Positions 1 through 9,420 of a DNA stretch of 64,000 nucleotides are shown piece by piece. Positions within the stretch are counted from its first letter, which is position 1. Each line of letters starts with the position of its first letter. Both the position numbers and the translations under genes were made by a program. The notes under the pieces are model-generated. The model was not told the origin of the DNA, did no database searches, and worked only from the letters and a program-made list of their open reading frames with translations. Location of the stretch: positions 127,053-191,052 of the IMG/VR virus record IMGVR_UViG_2617271113_000004. One strand, 5' to 3'. This DNA is from a virus (lineage: Duplodnaviria; Caudoviricetes).

Positions 1-85
1 TGCATTACGTAAAAAGAAATGAAATACCCTCAAAACTTTAGGGAGAATATTTATGAAATTTGCTGGGTAAAAGGAGATTTTTAAT

Positions 86-544
86 ATGTCAAATGAAATA
101 CGTTTTTATTCTCGGAGTAAAAAATACTTTGAATTTAGTAATTTTAGCAATAATGGATTTACAATTCACAATGAATTTACAGGCAACTTATTTTATCCAA
201 CTGTAGAGCATTACTTTCAATCTCTTAAGTTTCTTGATCACTCATACTCTGAAAAAGTACGTACTGCCTCTACTCCAGGAGAAGCTAAAAGACTAGGTAA
301 ATCTCGTCAATATCCTATTCGTAATGATTGGGATGATACTCGTTTATATGTAATGATGACGGCAGTTGAAGCTAAATTTTCACAAAACCCTGAGCTAGAG
401 AAAATGTTAGTAGACACAGGCGATGCAGTACTTATTGAGGATTCTCCTTATGATTACTTTTGGGGAGCAGGAAAAAATAATACTGGTCAGAACATGCTCG
501 GAAAATTATTAATGAATTATAGAGATAAACTGAATAGGTTATGA
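86..544 (+). CDS. NADAR family protein (YbiA-like glycohydrolase)
   Basis: FSNF, YPTVEHYFQ, KFSQNPEL, EDSPYDYFWG, GQNMLGKLLM motifs. Confidence 0.93.
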   Translation: MSNEIRFYSRSKKYFEFSNFSNNGFTIHNEFTGNLFYPTVEHYFQSLKFLDHSYSEKVRTASTPGEAKRLGKSRQYPIRNDWDDTRLYVMMTAVEAKFSQNPELEKMLVDTGDAVLIEDSPYDYFWGAGKNNTGQNMLGKLLMNYRDKLNRL

Positions 545-547
545 GCT

Positions 548-841
548 ATGAGTAGTATACGTATCAACAGTTCTGATCAATATTATAAAGGCATTTTGCT
601 TAATTGCATTTCACGTCGCTCATATAAAATGAATAAAGCTAAACGTTTTACTATTAATCATACCAATCAAAATGTATGGATACCTAATAAGCATTTACTT
701 AATGATGGAACTATAAAGTATGGTGAAAATATAGACTATGTATTTCGTAAGGCTCAAAGGCAATTAGAAATAGCTGGTTACACTGGACCAATAGTTGGTA
801 TTAAAAGAAGCACTTTAACAACACATGGGATTAATAAATAG
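548..841 (+). CDS. hypothetical protein
   Basis: 97-aa ORF directly after NADAR. Confidence 0.6.
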   Translation: MSSIRINSSDQYYKGILLNCISRRSYKMNKAKRFTINHTNQNVWIPNKHLLNDGTIKYGENIDYVFRKAQRQLEIAGYTGPIVGIKRSTLTTHGINK

Positions 842-980
842 TTTAAACGAACAGGAAGGATTTTTTTATGTGCTTAGTTTGTAGTGGAGTAATTAATTAT
901 TTATGATTACTACTCTAATTCAAGACTGAAATTGACGATAAATAATAAACTATAAAACTTTCATAGGAGGGTTATCCTAC

Positions 981-1445
981 ATGATGTTCACATCGATTAG
1001 AGCAAAAATGTTTGTAAAAGATGAGTATCAACCACTTATTGATAGATTAATGAATAACTCTGAAATTATGCAATGGAGCCAGTTACATTCAACTCTTCCT
1101 TTTGTTCAGCAATATGCGAAAGTACCACGTTCTGGACATATTCCGTTTGGAGCTCTGACATATGCCCCTTCTGAATGGGGAGTGTATGATAAGACGCATG
1201 GATTTAATGTTCATGTCATGTATGAACCCTCCTTTGAGAGACTTACTGGATTATGGACATTCCAATGCAGTTTAAGAGATAAAGCTAATACAATCGATCA
1301 ATTTATGGATTTAATTGTTAATAATATTGTTGATCAGATTATTCATTTGGAAACAAAGTATGAAGGTGATAATTATAGCAATATCTATAATTTTGTAAAT
1401 AATTCCGTTCGTATCACACATCATAAGGCTATTGATCAGTTATGA
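981..1445 (+). CDS. hypothetical protein
   Basis: 154-aa ORF, AGGAGG RBS. Confidence 0.7.
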   Translation: MMFTSIRAKMFVKDEYQPLIDRLMNNSEIMQWSQLHSTLPFVQQYAKVPRSGHIPFGALTYAPSEWGVYDKTHGFNVHVMYEPSFERLTGLWTFQCSLRDKANTIDQFMDLIVNNIVDQIIHLETKYEGDNYSNIYNFVNNSVRITHHKAIDQL

Positions 1446-1617
1446 GAGGAGCTATGATATGTCCGATAATCGTGAGGCTGTTTTCTATGACTTATTAAAT
1501 AAGTATGAAATACTTCTTGGTGCTCAAGGTTGGTCTGATCCAGAAATACAGGCAGAACTGAACAAGTTGTCTGCTGATTTTAAGGCTAATTTGTCTATGA
1601 AGGATGATTCAACATGA
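1432..1617 (+). CDS. hypothetical protein (start may be 1459)
   Basis: short ORF overlapping both neighbours, GAGGAG before second Met. Confidence 0.5.
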   Translation: MISYERSYDMSDNREAVFYDLLNKYEILLGAQGWSDPEIQAELNKLSADFKANLSMKDDST

Positions 1618-2090
1618 CCAATATTTCACCTATGAATGATCTTTTAATCGGTCACCTGTATCACTCCCCTATTTGGAAAGAACTATTGGAAAATAAGAAA
1701 ATTCATTTTGATTTTAGGCTTACACATATGTATGTTTATAAGCGCAGCAATCATAGCTTATATATAGCTGAATTCCATAATGCCTTTACATACTTCGGAG
1801 AATATACAAAAGAAACAATCCTGAAATTCCAACAAAGAGATCCGTTAGATCACCTTCCTATCACCTATGAGGAGTTATGTCATAGTCATGGATTCTATAA
1901 ATTAGCAGAAACAAATGATTATGCAGCATTCTCAAATGATAGCCTTAGTGACTATCCTTCGGATCTCTATATATTTGAGATAGTAGATGTCCGAGAATAT
2001 AGATTTTATACCAAGGATATCTCCCCTACTTGCATCCAAGAATTTTTGGATTTTGATATCAATCTAAACAAACTATCTAATATTAAATAA
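1614..2090 (+). CDS. hypothetical protein
   Basis: 158-aa ORF, ATGA overlap. Confidence 0.6.
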   Translation: MTNISPMNDLLIGHLYHSPIWKELLENKKIHFDFRLTHMYVYKRSNHSLYIAEFHNAFTYFGEYTKETILKFQQRDPLDHLPITYEELCHSHGFYKLAETNDYAAFSNDSLSDYPSDLYIFEIVDVREYRFYTKDISPTCIQEFLDFDINLNKLSNIK

Positions 2091-2103
2091 AAGGAGCTAT
2101 ACT

Positions 2104-2190
2104 ATGAAATGTGCTGTTTGTAGTAACTATCGTGAGATTCAGTTTGAAAATGAAAACATTACATGCCCTGTGTGTGAAGATTATGTATAG
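2104..2190 (+). CDS. 28-aa mini zinc-finger peptide (not in ORF track)
   Basis: AAGGAG RBS; MKCAVCSNYREIQFENENITCPVCEDYV, two CxxC. Confidence 0.6.
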   Translation: MKCAVCSNYREIQFENENITCPVCEDYV

Positions 2191-2211
2191 GTAATTAAAG
2201 GAGGTATTCAT

Positions 2212-2685
2212 ATGCTACATGTAGTTCAAGGAGACCTATTAGAGAGTGATTGTACGGTTATCGCACATCAGTGTAACTGCTTTAATACTATGGGAGCCGG
2301 TATAGCTAAACAAATTAAGAATAAATATCCCTTGGCCTATGTCATGGATCAACAAGCCCCCTACTCACCTATGGATAGACTCGGTGAAGTAACTTTTGCT
2401 TTTTATGACTCCCCTCCCCTACTTATATTCAATCTCTATGGACAATATTCTTATGGGAAAGGACGTCATACTGATTATAATGCTTTATCTAACTCTATAA
2501 GTAAGATGATGCGTACCATACAGTCTATGCCAGAGCATGTCAGACAGGAATTTCCTTTTGTAAAGGTCGGAGTCCCCTATGGTTTAGGCTCTGGTTTAGC
2601 TGGTGGATATTGGAATAAAGTAAAACTAATCCTTGATTATTACTCTGAAGAGTTCAAGATAGATATATTTGCTTATAAACTATAG
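2212..2685 (+). CDS. macrodomain protein (Appr-1-p processing family)
   Basis: GDLL, IAHQCNC..MGAGIA, PYGLGSGLAGG motifs. Confidence 0.92.
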   Translation: MLHVVQGDLLESDCTVIAHQCNCFNTMGAGIAKQIKNKYPLAYVMDQQAPYSPMDRLGEVTFAFYDSPPLLIFNLYGQYSYGKGRHTDYNALSNSISKMMRTIQSMPEHVRQEFPFVKVGVPYGLGSGLAGGYWNKVKLILDYYSEEFKIDIFAYKL

Positions 2686-2762
2686 TTTTATTTCATAATT
2701 TAATTATTTTTTAAGGAAATATTTTTATATTTATTACTTTTATATGGAAATAAAACAAAATA

Positions 2763-2797
2763 AAAACAGTAAATTAGGAAATAATCTACTGTTTTTT
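2763..2797. terminator. probable terminator between convergent genes
   Basis: AAAACAGTA...TACTGTTTTTT inverted repeat. Confidence 0.55.
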
Positions 2798-2807
2798 AAT
2801 GAAATCA

Positions 2808-3428
2808 TTATTTATTTTTAAATGGATTCTTTGAAAAGATCTTTTTGTAAGCTGGTAGATTCATATATTCGTGCATTAATTTTCTTGTCTCTCGCTGTTC
2901 TTCCATGAATTGATCCAGCTTCTTAATACGTCTTTCCTCAATATCATCTATAGTAGCTGCCATTTCTCTAGATACATTCTCTGATATTTCAGCTGATAAT
3001 TCTTTCGAAATGTCATCGGTTGCTTTATGAATAATCTGTTGCATGAAGGATTGGAATTCGGGGTTCTCTAACATGTGTTGCATATCTATCTCAGATAGCT
3101 CCATCTTATGTTTAGGTACTTCTGGAACCTGACCCTTCTGACGACACTCCAGATCTTCATTTTCTAATATTACGTATGCAAGATCCGTTGTTGTTGTCTT
3201 TCTGCCATACCTACTTTTAGCATCTCGCATAAACTCAAAGATCTTTAAGTCAGACTCATAGAATATGCGTTCATCCCTATGATTTCGCTCTAAGTAGTGT
3301 ACATGTAGCTCTTCAAGCTTATCTGACCAGCCTCTTAGCGTTGGAGCTGGTACTTCAATTCGTTTCGCAGCATCGCCCAGCGTGACAAATTCAACGTCCA
3401 TGGCCATAGCATCACACACTCCTCTCAT
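2808..3428 (-). CDS. MerR-like HTH plus coiled-coil protein (RacA/plasmid Par-like architecture)
   Basis: LGDAAKRIEVPAPTLRGWS HTH, R.F..DL wing, C-terminal coiled coil. Confidence 0.75.
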   Translation of the reverse strand: MRGVCDAMAMDVEFVTLGDAAKRIEVPAPTLRGWSDKLEELHVHYLERNHRDERIFYESDLKIFEFMRDAKSRYGRKTTTTDLAYVILENEDLECRQKGQVPEVPKHKMELSEIDMQHMLENPEFQSFMQQIIHKATDDISKELSAEISENVSREMAATIDDIEERRIKKLDQFMEEQRETRKLMHEYMNLPAYKKIFSKNPFKNK

Positions 3429-3465
3429 ATAGCTCTATTAAAACACATACCGAGCTTATATGAAA

Positions 3466-3874
3466 GTCGTTCTACTTCATAATTCATAGATGATTAACAT
3501 ATAACTCATTGTTCACTATTGAACATACTTACAATTTATCTATCAGTTAATTCGCCTTATGTAATATCTAATAGCTCAAATCCTATTTAATAATTCGTTC
3601 TATGTAAGATGTCAACCTATGAATTATTCCATAGATTATGAAGTAGTTACCTGATAGATCGAGCTATTTCATAACTAATAATTAATAGTCTATTCAATAG
3701 TTAGCTATATATCATATTTAATAACTCGAACTCTGAGATAATCTATTAATAACCTATTCCCCAAGTCGTTCTATGTCATATTTAATAGAATGTAGTCTAT
3801 GAGTGATATCGCTCTATCTCATAACTGATAGTTCATTGCCTATGAAGTTGGCTGCTCTATCTAATAACTAATAG
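3466..3874. repeat. degenerate ~21-bp repeat array, consensus about GCTCTATCTCATAACTAATAG
   Basis: copies near 3466, 3661, 3703, 3765, 3811, 3854 in the divergent intergenic region. Confidence 0.65.
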
Positions 3875-3943
3875 ATGCCTATCGGCTAGTTATGAGAAAA
3901 CTATTTATAATCTCTTAAAAACAGAGTAGGGGAGGTCAATATT

Positions 3944-4444
3944 TTGAGTAAAACTGATTTTGATAAATTACGTATTGATATGTGGGTATCCGGAACTGCT
4001 GATAAAGAAGGAAATGGGGGTTATAGTGCTTTATTATATTCTCAAATTAACCAAACTCCATTTAAGAAAACAATAGGGGGGTACGCTACTGATACAACGA
4101 TTACTCGTATGACATTAAAAGCAATTGTAGAAGGTTTAACTTGTATTAAATCTAAATCCTTTATTCATATCTATACGTCATTGCCACAGATATCAGTTGG
4201 TTTAAATAAAAATATGTATGTATGGGAGAGAAATGACTGGAGAAGAAAAGACGGTCAATTTCTAAAGCATGCTGATCTATGGCAGCAAGTCTTTGAATTA
4301 CTAGATGAGAAATCATTAAGTTATAGAGTAAAACTTGAACGTCCATTTCCTAGTCAAGACAATCATCTTTATGTAATACACATGGCAAGTAAATATACCA
4401 TGCAAGCTAAAAAGCATTTGCATGAAGTTGCTGTTTCATCTTAG
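3944..4444 (+). CDS. RNase HI-like protein, catalytic carboxylates missing
   Basis: GGY, TT.TRM.L, W..NDW.RKDG, K.ADLWQ fold motifs; D10/E48/D70 positions are S/T/S. Confidence 0.85.
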   Translation: MSKTDFDKLRIDMWVSGTADKEGNGGYSALLYSQINQTPFKKTIGGYATDTTITRMTLKAIVEGLTCIKSKSFIHIYTSLPQISVGLNKNMYVWERNDWRRKDGQFLKHADLWQQVFELLDEKSLSYRVKLERPFPSQDNHLYVIHMASKYTMQAKKHLHEVAVSS

Positions 4445-4462
4445 TAAAGGAGTGAACCTGTT

Positions 4463-4810
4463 ATGGAATATTTGGAACATAGTAGACAGACATATTCAAA
4501 AAAGAAAAGCCTATCGGCTAGCTTTAGGGTAAATTTACTGATCTATGTCATAGCCATATTAGTTGTTCTTACATTTGCTTTATTAATACGTAATGTACTT
4601 CCAAGTGATTACAAAGTTGAATATATCGAATACACAATGTCTAAAGGTGACAATATTACACATGCCATTGAATCCATTAATCAGAAGTATGATGGTCCTT
4701 ATGATATGAGAGATCTCATATATATGGTAGTGGAAAAGAACAATCTTGATTCTCATAAGGTTTATCCAGGTAAAACATACCTTATTCCAAAATTATTAGC
4801 TTCTCACTGA
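4463..4810 (+). CDS. TM plus LysM protein (YneA-like)
   Basis: hydrophobic helix, YTMSKGD...NNL...VYPGK..LIP. Confidence 0.75.
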   Translation: MEYLEHSRQTYSKKKSLSASFRVNLLIYVIAILVVLTFALLIRNVLPSDYKVEYIEYTMSKGDNITHAIESINQKYDGPYDMRDLIYMVVEKNNLDSHKVYPGKTYLIPKLLASH

Positions 4811-4826
4811 TAGGGGAGAGTCTATA

Positions 4827-4937
4827 ATGAAAAATGATAAGAACCATCCGTGGGATGATATTCCTTTAATAAAAGTTCTCTCTGGACTTTTCATATGTGG
4901 AGTAATATTTGGAGTGTTAATGATACCGTTCTTATAA
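4827..4937 (+). CDS. 36-aa membrane peptide (not in ORF track)
   Basis: GGGGAG RBS; MKNDKNHPWDDIPLIKVLSGLFICGVIFGVLMIPFL. Confidence 0.55.
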   Translation: MKNDKNHPWDDIPLIKVLSGLFICGVIFGVLMIPFL

Positions 4938-5081
4938 TTGCTAGTTGTAAATAGGATTATCTGTTGATGATCCTATGAAGGAGCTCGCAACTCCATTTCT
5001 CATAGTAATGATTTCTTCTTTGTGATGACTCAGTTAGAGTCTTTTTTATTAGAAAAATTTATATACAGAAAGGTGATAGCT

Positions 5082-5321
5082 ATGTCTATAGTTTTTAATT
5101 CGAAACAGGAACTTACTAATCATCTAGAAAAATTTACATTAGAAGAACAGAAAACAGAGCTAGAATTTATGATTTCTAAAATTGAAGAAGAGGTAGAAAT
5201 AGCTTTAATCCAAAACAACAATGAATTAGCAATATGGAAAATGTCAATCGAGCTTCTTATTGAAGACGTGTTGAAGGAAGTAGAAAATAAATTAATCATT
5301 AACTACTCGTTGAATGTATGA
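5082..5321 (+). CDS. hypothetical protein
   Basis: AAAGGTGA RBS before ATG 5082. Confidence 0.6.
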   Translation: MSIVFNSKQELTNHLEKFTLEEQKTELEFMISKIEEEVEIALIQNNNELAIWKMSIELLIEDVLKEVENKLIINYSLNV

Positions 5322-5437
5322 TCTATGCAACATTATTTATTCTTATATGTATGTCAGGGAAATTAATTTTTTTGCCATTCCTTTTAATATTGCATGCGTT
5401 AGAAGGATGGTTTAATAAGAGAAAGGGGAGCTAAATT

Positions 5438-5659
5438 ATGTCTAGAACTGTTCAAACAACCTGTAACAACTGTGGTACGGAAATTACATTGGATTTTGGA
5501 AATGCAACTTATGAAGAAGCTTTAGTCCTTATAGATAAAATGGATAAGTCTAATCGTGAATGCCCTGGTTGGCATGTAGAAATTGGTGGTTGGAAAAAGC
5601 GATGGAACTTAGATGCAGCCGTTAAAAGTGCTTATGCTAATGAAGAGAGAGGTAAATAA
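5438..5659 (+). CDS. small Cys-containing hypothetical protein
   Basis: CNNC and CPGWH, GGGGAG RBS. Confidence 0.65.
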   Translation: MSRTVQTTCNNCGTEITLDFGNATYEEALVLIDKMDKSNRECPGWHVEIGGWKKRWNLDAAVKSAYANEERGK

Positions 5660-5679
5660 TTTAAATTAAAAATCAGGAG

Positions 5680-6597
5680 ATGATATATATGTCAGCAATT
5701 TTAAATCAAATCAAAGAATCTGTTAAAAAAGGTGTAGAAGTTAATATTCAAGGAATTGTTCAGTATGGAAAATATCCTGTATCTGTGAAAGACATTACAA
5801 ATAGTGTTACAAGTGGTTGGGAACTTACGTATCGTATAGAAAAATCGCAATTTAATGGAAAAGCATTTAACAAGCATGAACGCTTCTCCGAGCTTAAAAT
5901 GACTTCATTTAGTAATTTATACACCATGATTCAACAAGTTTATTCTCAATTCAAGCAAGGAGTTAATGTAGAAAAAAGAAATGACGGATCTAATTTCGCA
6001 GTTTATCAGCCTAATGATTCGCTTTGGTTTACTGTTAGGGACAAAAAGAACTCTGTAGCAATTACAGTTACTATTACTGATGATAACTCACCGTTTCATA
6101 TGTTAAGTGTCACTTTTGTTATTACTGCTTCAAATCAAAACGGACAACCATATATGATAGGGTATGACTCTCAATATGACCATAACACAGATACTTATAC
6201 CGAACTTTTAAATGCATCTATGCTCCCAAATAAACATGCATATGTGCCAGTTACTCGCAAAGATAACATAGGTACAATTAAGGCTGCTGGAGTAGTTAAT
6301 AATGAAGGTTTAGTAGAAATCGATTATGATCAAACAGAAGTGGTATATTTACAGAAAGTATTAAATGAAAGAAGATTATTAGCTGGTATATATGAAAAAG
6401 CTATTTTAGAGATTGTTTTAGATAAATCAAATGAATATTTTACTGCAAACTCTCAAGCACAGCAACCAATGAATGGCTTTAATCAATCATCAATGCCCCA
6501 TATGCAAAATGCCTTTCATGCACCACAAACAAATCAAGGTCTGAATTCGAATCCCTTTAATCCAGCTTTAAATTTAGATAATACTCCAGTATTCTAG
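5680..6597 (+). CDS. hypothetical protein with N/Q/P-rich tail
   Basis: 305-aa ORF, low-complexity C-terminus. Confidence 0.75.
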   Translation: MIYMSAILNQIKESVKKGVEVNIQGIVQYGKYPVSVKDITNSVTSGWELTYRIEKSQFNGKAFNKHERFSELKMTSFSNLYTMIQQVYSQFKQGVNVEKRNDGSNFAVYQPNDSLWFTVRDKKNSVAITVTITDDNSPFHMLSVTFVITASNQNGQPYMIGYDSQYDHNTDTYTELLNASMLPNKHAYVPVTRKDNIGTIKAAGVVNNEGLVEIDYDQTEVVYLQKVLNERRLLAGIYEKAILEIVLDKSNEYFTANSQAQQPMNGFNQSSMPHMQNAFHAPQTNQGLNSNPFNPALNLDNTPVF

Positions 6598-6749
6598 AAA
6601 ATCTAATTACAGAGGGTTTCAGCGCTCTCTGTAATGCTTTTCATGATAACCTTTAAAATAATCCTCATTTTTTCTTCATTTTTTGATTGTTTTCTATAAT
6701 TATCTGTTATACTATTGTTATACATAAGTAAAATGAAGGGAGAAATCCT

Positions 6750-8603
6750 ATGATTCAAGTTCGGAAGCAATATGGGAATATATATGTCCGTATTCTTGAT
6801 ACAATGGAAACTTTTGATTTCACCTTAGATAAGATACGTGATATTCCTCAACGCTCCTTTAAGCAAGATACAGGGGAGTGGATGTTTCCCCAAGAAAAAA
6901 TAGAGGACTTACTTCGGCTCTTTGAAAACCAAATAGTATGGATGCAACCTTTAAAAGATATTGTTAAGGATCTTCCTGTTAAAGATACGCTAGTACAAAA
7001 ACATCTTAATTGGGAAAATGATGATGATTTTAAACATTGGAAGATGAAGCCTTATGGATATCAAAAGGTAGGTGCACACTTTCTTGCGGATCGTGGTCAA
7101 GCAGCTATCTTTGATGGAGTAGGTTTGGGTAAGACATTGCAAGTATTAGGTGCCTCTCAGATTTTATTTAATAAAGGCCTTGCGAAAAGAGCACTTATCA
7201 TCACACTAAATAGTATTAAACGTCAGTGGGCAAAAGAAGTAGATAAATTTATGGGTGAAGAAGCTATTGCTGTATATGGCACAGAGTCTAAACGGCAAAA
7301 GCTAATTAAAGGCTTTGCAAAAAGAGATGATATACGTTTCTTAGTAATTAATTATGAAATGCTGAGAAGTAAAAAGTATCTGAACCTAATAAAATCCATT
7401 GATTTTGATATTGTTGCATTAGATGAAGCTCAGAAGATAAAAACTGGTGTAACAGATAAGATGCTCGATATGAAGCCTTCTCAGAATGCATTAGGGACAT
7501 TCGAGTTAAAAACGATTCCATATCGCTTTATTGCTACTGCAACACCAATACAATCAAAGGCGGAAGAAATATGGAGCTTATACTATTTCTTAAATGAATT
7601 TATTTTGGGCCCTTGGGAAGAATTTCGTGAACGATACTGTAAATATCACCCAAGATATGGCATTAGTGATTATTTTAACCAGGGTGAGTTATATTATCGA
7701 ATTGCACCATACTTTATTAGAAGAACCAAAGAAATGCCTGAGATACAACAGCAACTACCGAAAGTAAAGCATGATCATATTTTCTTGGAGACAACCAAAG
7801 AACAAGAACAAATAGAATCTTACTTATTAGATAAGATTGAACAGTTGAAGGAGGAGTCCAAAAAGGTAGGCTTTGATGGGAAAGTTATCAATGGTCAATT
7901 GATGAATTCAGAACAGGCAAAAGAATATTATGACGGACTTATTCAAGGTTACACATCTTTCTTATTGATGTCAGCTGATGCACCTGAGCTGTTCCAAATG
8001 TCAGAATCCCAACTTGCTGCAGGATTATTAAAAGACTTAAGTATACCCGATAATAAAATAAAACGTTCGCCTAAGTTAGAACATTTAATTGGATTTTATA
8101 ATCAATTAATGAATGATGAACCTAACTCAAAGATTGTAGTCTTCACTCGCTTTGAACGGATGGCACGATTAATCCACCAGAACATTCCTGGTTCATTGCT
8201 TTATACAGGGAAGCTGTCTGAGCGAGACAAAGAATACGCCAAAGAACAATTTGTAAATAATCCAAATAGCAAAGTTATAGTACTTACCGACGCAGGAAGT
8301 ACAGGAATGAATTTACAAGTAGCCAATTACTTAGTAAATTATGACTTACCTTGGGATCCAACATTGATAGAACAACGGAATGGGCGTATTGATCGTACAG
8401 GTAATCCTAATGCGAATATCACAATACAGTATTACGTGATGGGCGATTCATATGAAGAGCATTTACTCGAGCTTCTTAATCGTAAAGCTGACTTAGCCAG
8501 TTCGGTATTAGAAGGCGGAAAAATGAAACGAGCCTCACAAGATTTTAACAAGCTCGCAATGGAGCGCATGCTTAAGCGAAAGCAGAAGAGAGTTAAAACT
8601 TAA
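6750..8603 (+). CDS. SNF2-family helicase/ATPase
   Basis: GLGKT, DEAQ, TATP, GMNLQ, DLPWDP, QRNGRIDR. Confidence 0.93.
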   Translation: MIQVRKQYGNIYVRILDTMETFDFTLDKIRDIPQRSFKQDTGEWMFPQEKIEDLLRLFENQIVWMQPLKDIVKDLPVKDTLVQKHLNWENDDDFKHWKMKPYGYQKVGAHFLADRGQAAIFDGVGLGKTLQVLGASQILFNKGLAKRALIITLNSIKRQWAKEVDKFMGEEAIAVYGTESKRQKLIKGFAKRDDIRFLVINYEMLRSKKYLNLIKSIDFDIVALDEAQKIKTGVTDKMLDMKPSQNALGTFELKTIPYRFIATATPIQSKAEEIWSLYYFLNEFILGPWEEFRERYCKYHPRYGISDYFNQGELYYRIAPYFIRRTKEMPEIQQQLPKVKHDHIFLETTKEQEQIESYLLDKIEQLKEESKKVGFDGKVINGQLMNSEQAKEYYDGLIQGYTSFLLMSADAPELFQMSESQLAAGLLKDLSIPDNKIKRSPKLEHLIGFYNQLMNDEPNSKIVVFTRFERMARLIHQNIPGSLLYTGKLSERDKEYAKEQFVNNPNSKVIVLTDAGSTGMNLQVANYLVNYDLPWDPTLIEQRNGRIDRTGNPNANITIQYYVMGDSYEEHLLELLNRKADLASSVLEGGKMKRASQDFNKLAMERMLKRKQKRVKT

Positions 8604-8604
8604 A

Positions 8605-8630
8605 GGGGAGACAGTATATACTGTTTCCCT
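8605..8630 (+). terminator. hairpin after SNF2 gene
   Basis: GGGGAGACAGTA-TA-TACTGTTTCCCT. Confidence 0.5.
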
Positions 8631-8660
8631 ATATAAACTTATCATAGGGGAGAAAATAAC

Positions 8661-9305
8661 ATGGTTAAATTCGGAATTAAAGACTTTGAAACAACATTAC
8701 CTAACTGGGCAAAACATCATAAAACAGTGAGTCTTCAAGTGCAAAGAAAATATAAAGACAATGATGAAATAATTAATGCTAATGATTCCGCTATTAATAA
8801 AATTATTCAAGATGAACCTTCTATTCTTAAAGAGAAACACGAAAGATTGTTTAACTTTAAAACAGGTAAAGAAAGAGAAGTTATTGATTATTATTTACCC
8901 ATAGAAAATAAAGAATATATTACGCCTAACTTTGACTATTATTCTACCGGAGCTATTAATTCAAAAGAATTAGCAAAAGTACGATTAACTTTTTTGATAG
9001 AAGAACATACACTAAAATTAGAGCATCATATTCATACGGAAGGTCCTCATTCAATGAATTTTGGACAACTTCTAGCAGGTAGCTTTGGAGGAGTTTCCGA
9101 CTTTATCGAAGACATTGCTGTTAAATCAGAATCATTAAAGGAAAATGGCATTGTTATTAGTGAAGACAAAAGATACTATAATGTTGTGCTTGTATCTGAT
9201 AATGGCAATTTCTTCAATTCTGATATTGCACATGATGAATTAGTACAATCACTTGTTGGCATAGAAATATTTGAATTTGATCAAGAACATAAAAACAATA
9301 TGTAA
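8661..9305 (+). CDS. hypothetical protein
   Basis: 214-aa ORF, GGGGAG RBS. Confidence 0.7.
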   Translation: MVKFGIKDFETTLPNWAKHHKTVSLQVQRKYKDNDEIINANDSAINKIIQDEPSILKEKHERLFNFKTGKEREVIDYYLPIENKEYITPNFDYYSTGAINSKELAKVRLTFLIEEHTLKLEHHIHTEGPHSMNFGQLLAGSFGGVSDFIEDIAVKSESLKENGIVISEDKRYYNVVLVSDNGNFFNSDIAHDELVQSLVGIEIFEFDQEHKNNM

Positions 9306-9315
9306 TGCACTACAT
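9300..9315. promoter_or_regulatory. TGTAATGCATTACA-type palindrome upstream of ThiF operon
   Basis: ATGTAATGCACTACAT. Confidence 0.55.
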
Positions 9316-9420
9316 TTGGGGGAACATATAGAATATCTTTATGAAGAAGATGACTACAGTACACTATATGATCTTACTAATGGTAAGATTGTGGCTGTAA
9401 AGTAAAATTTATAGGAAGTA

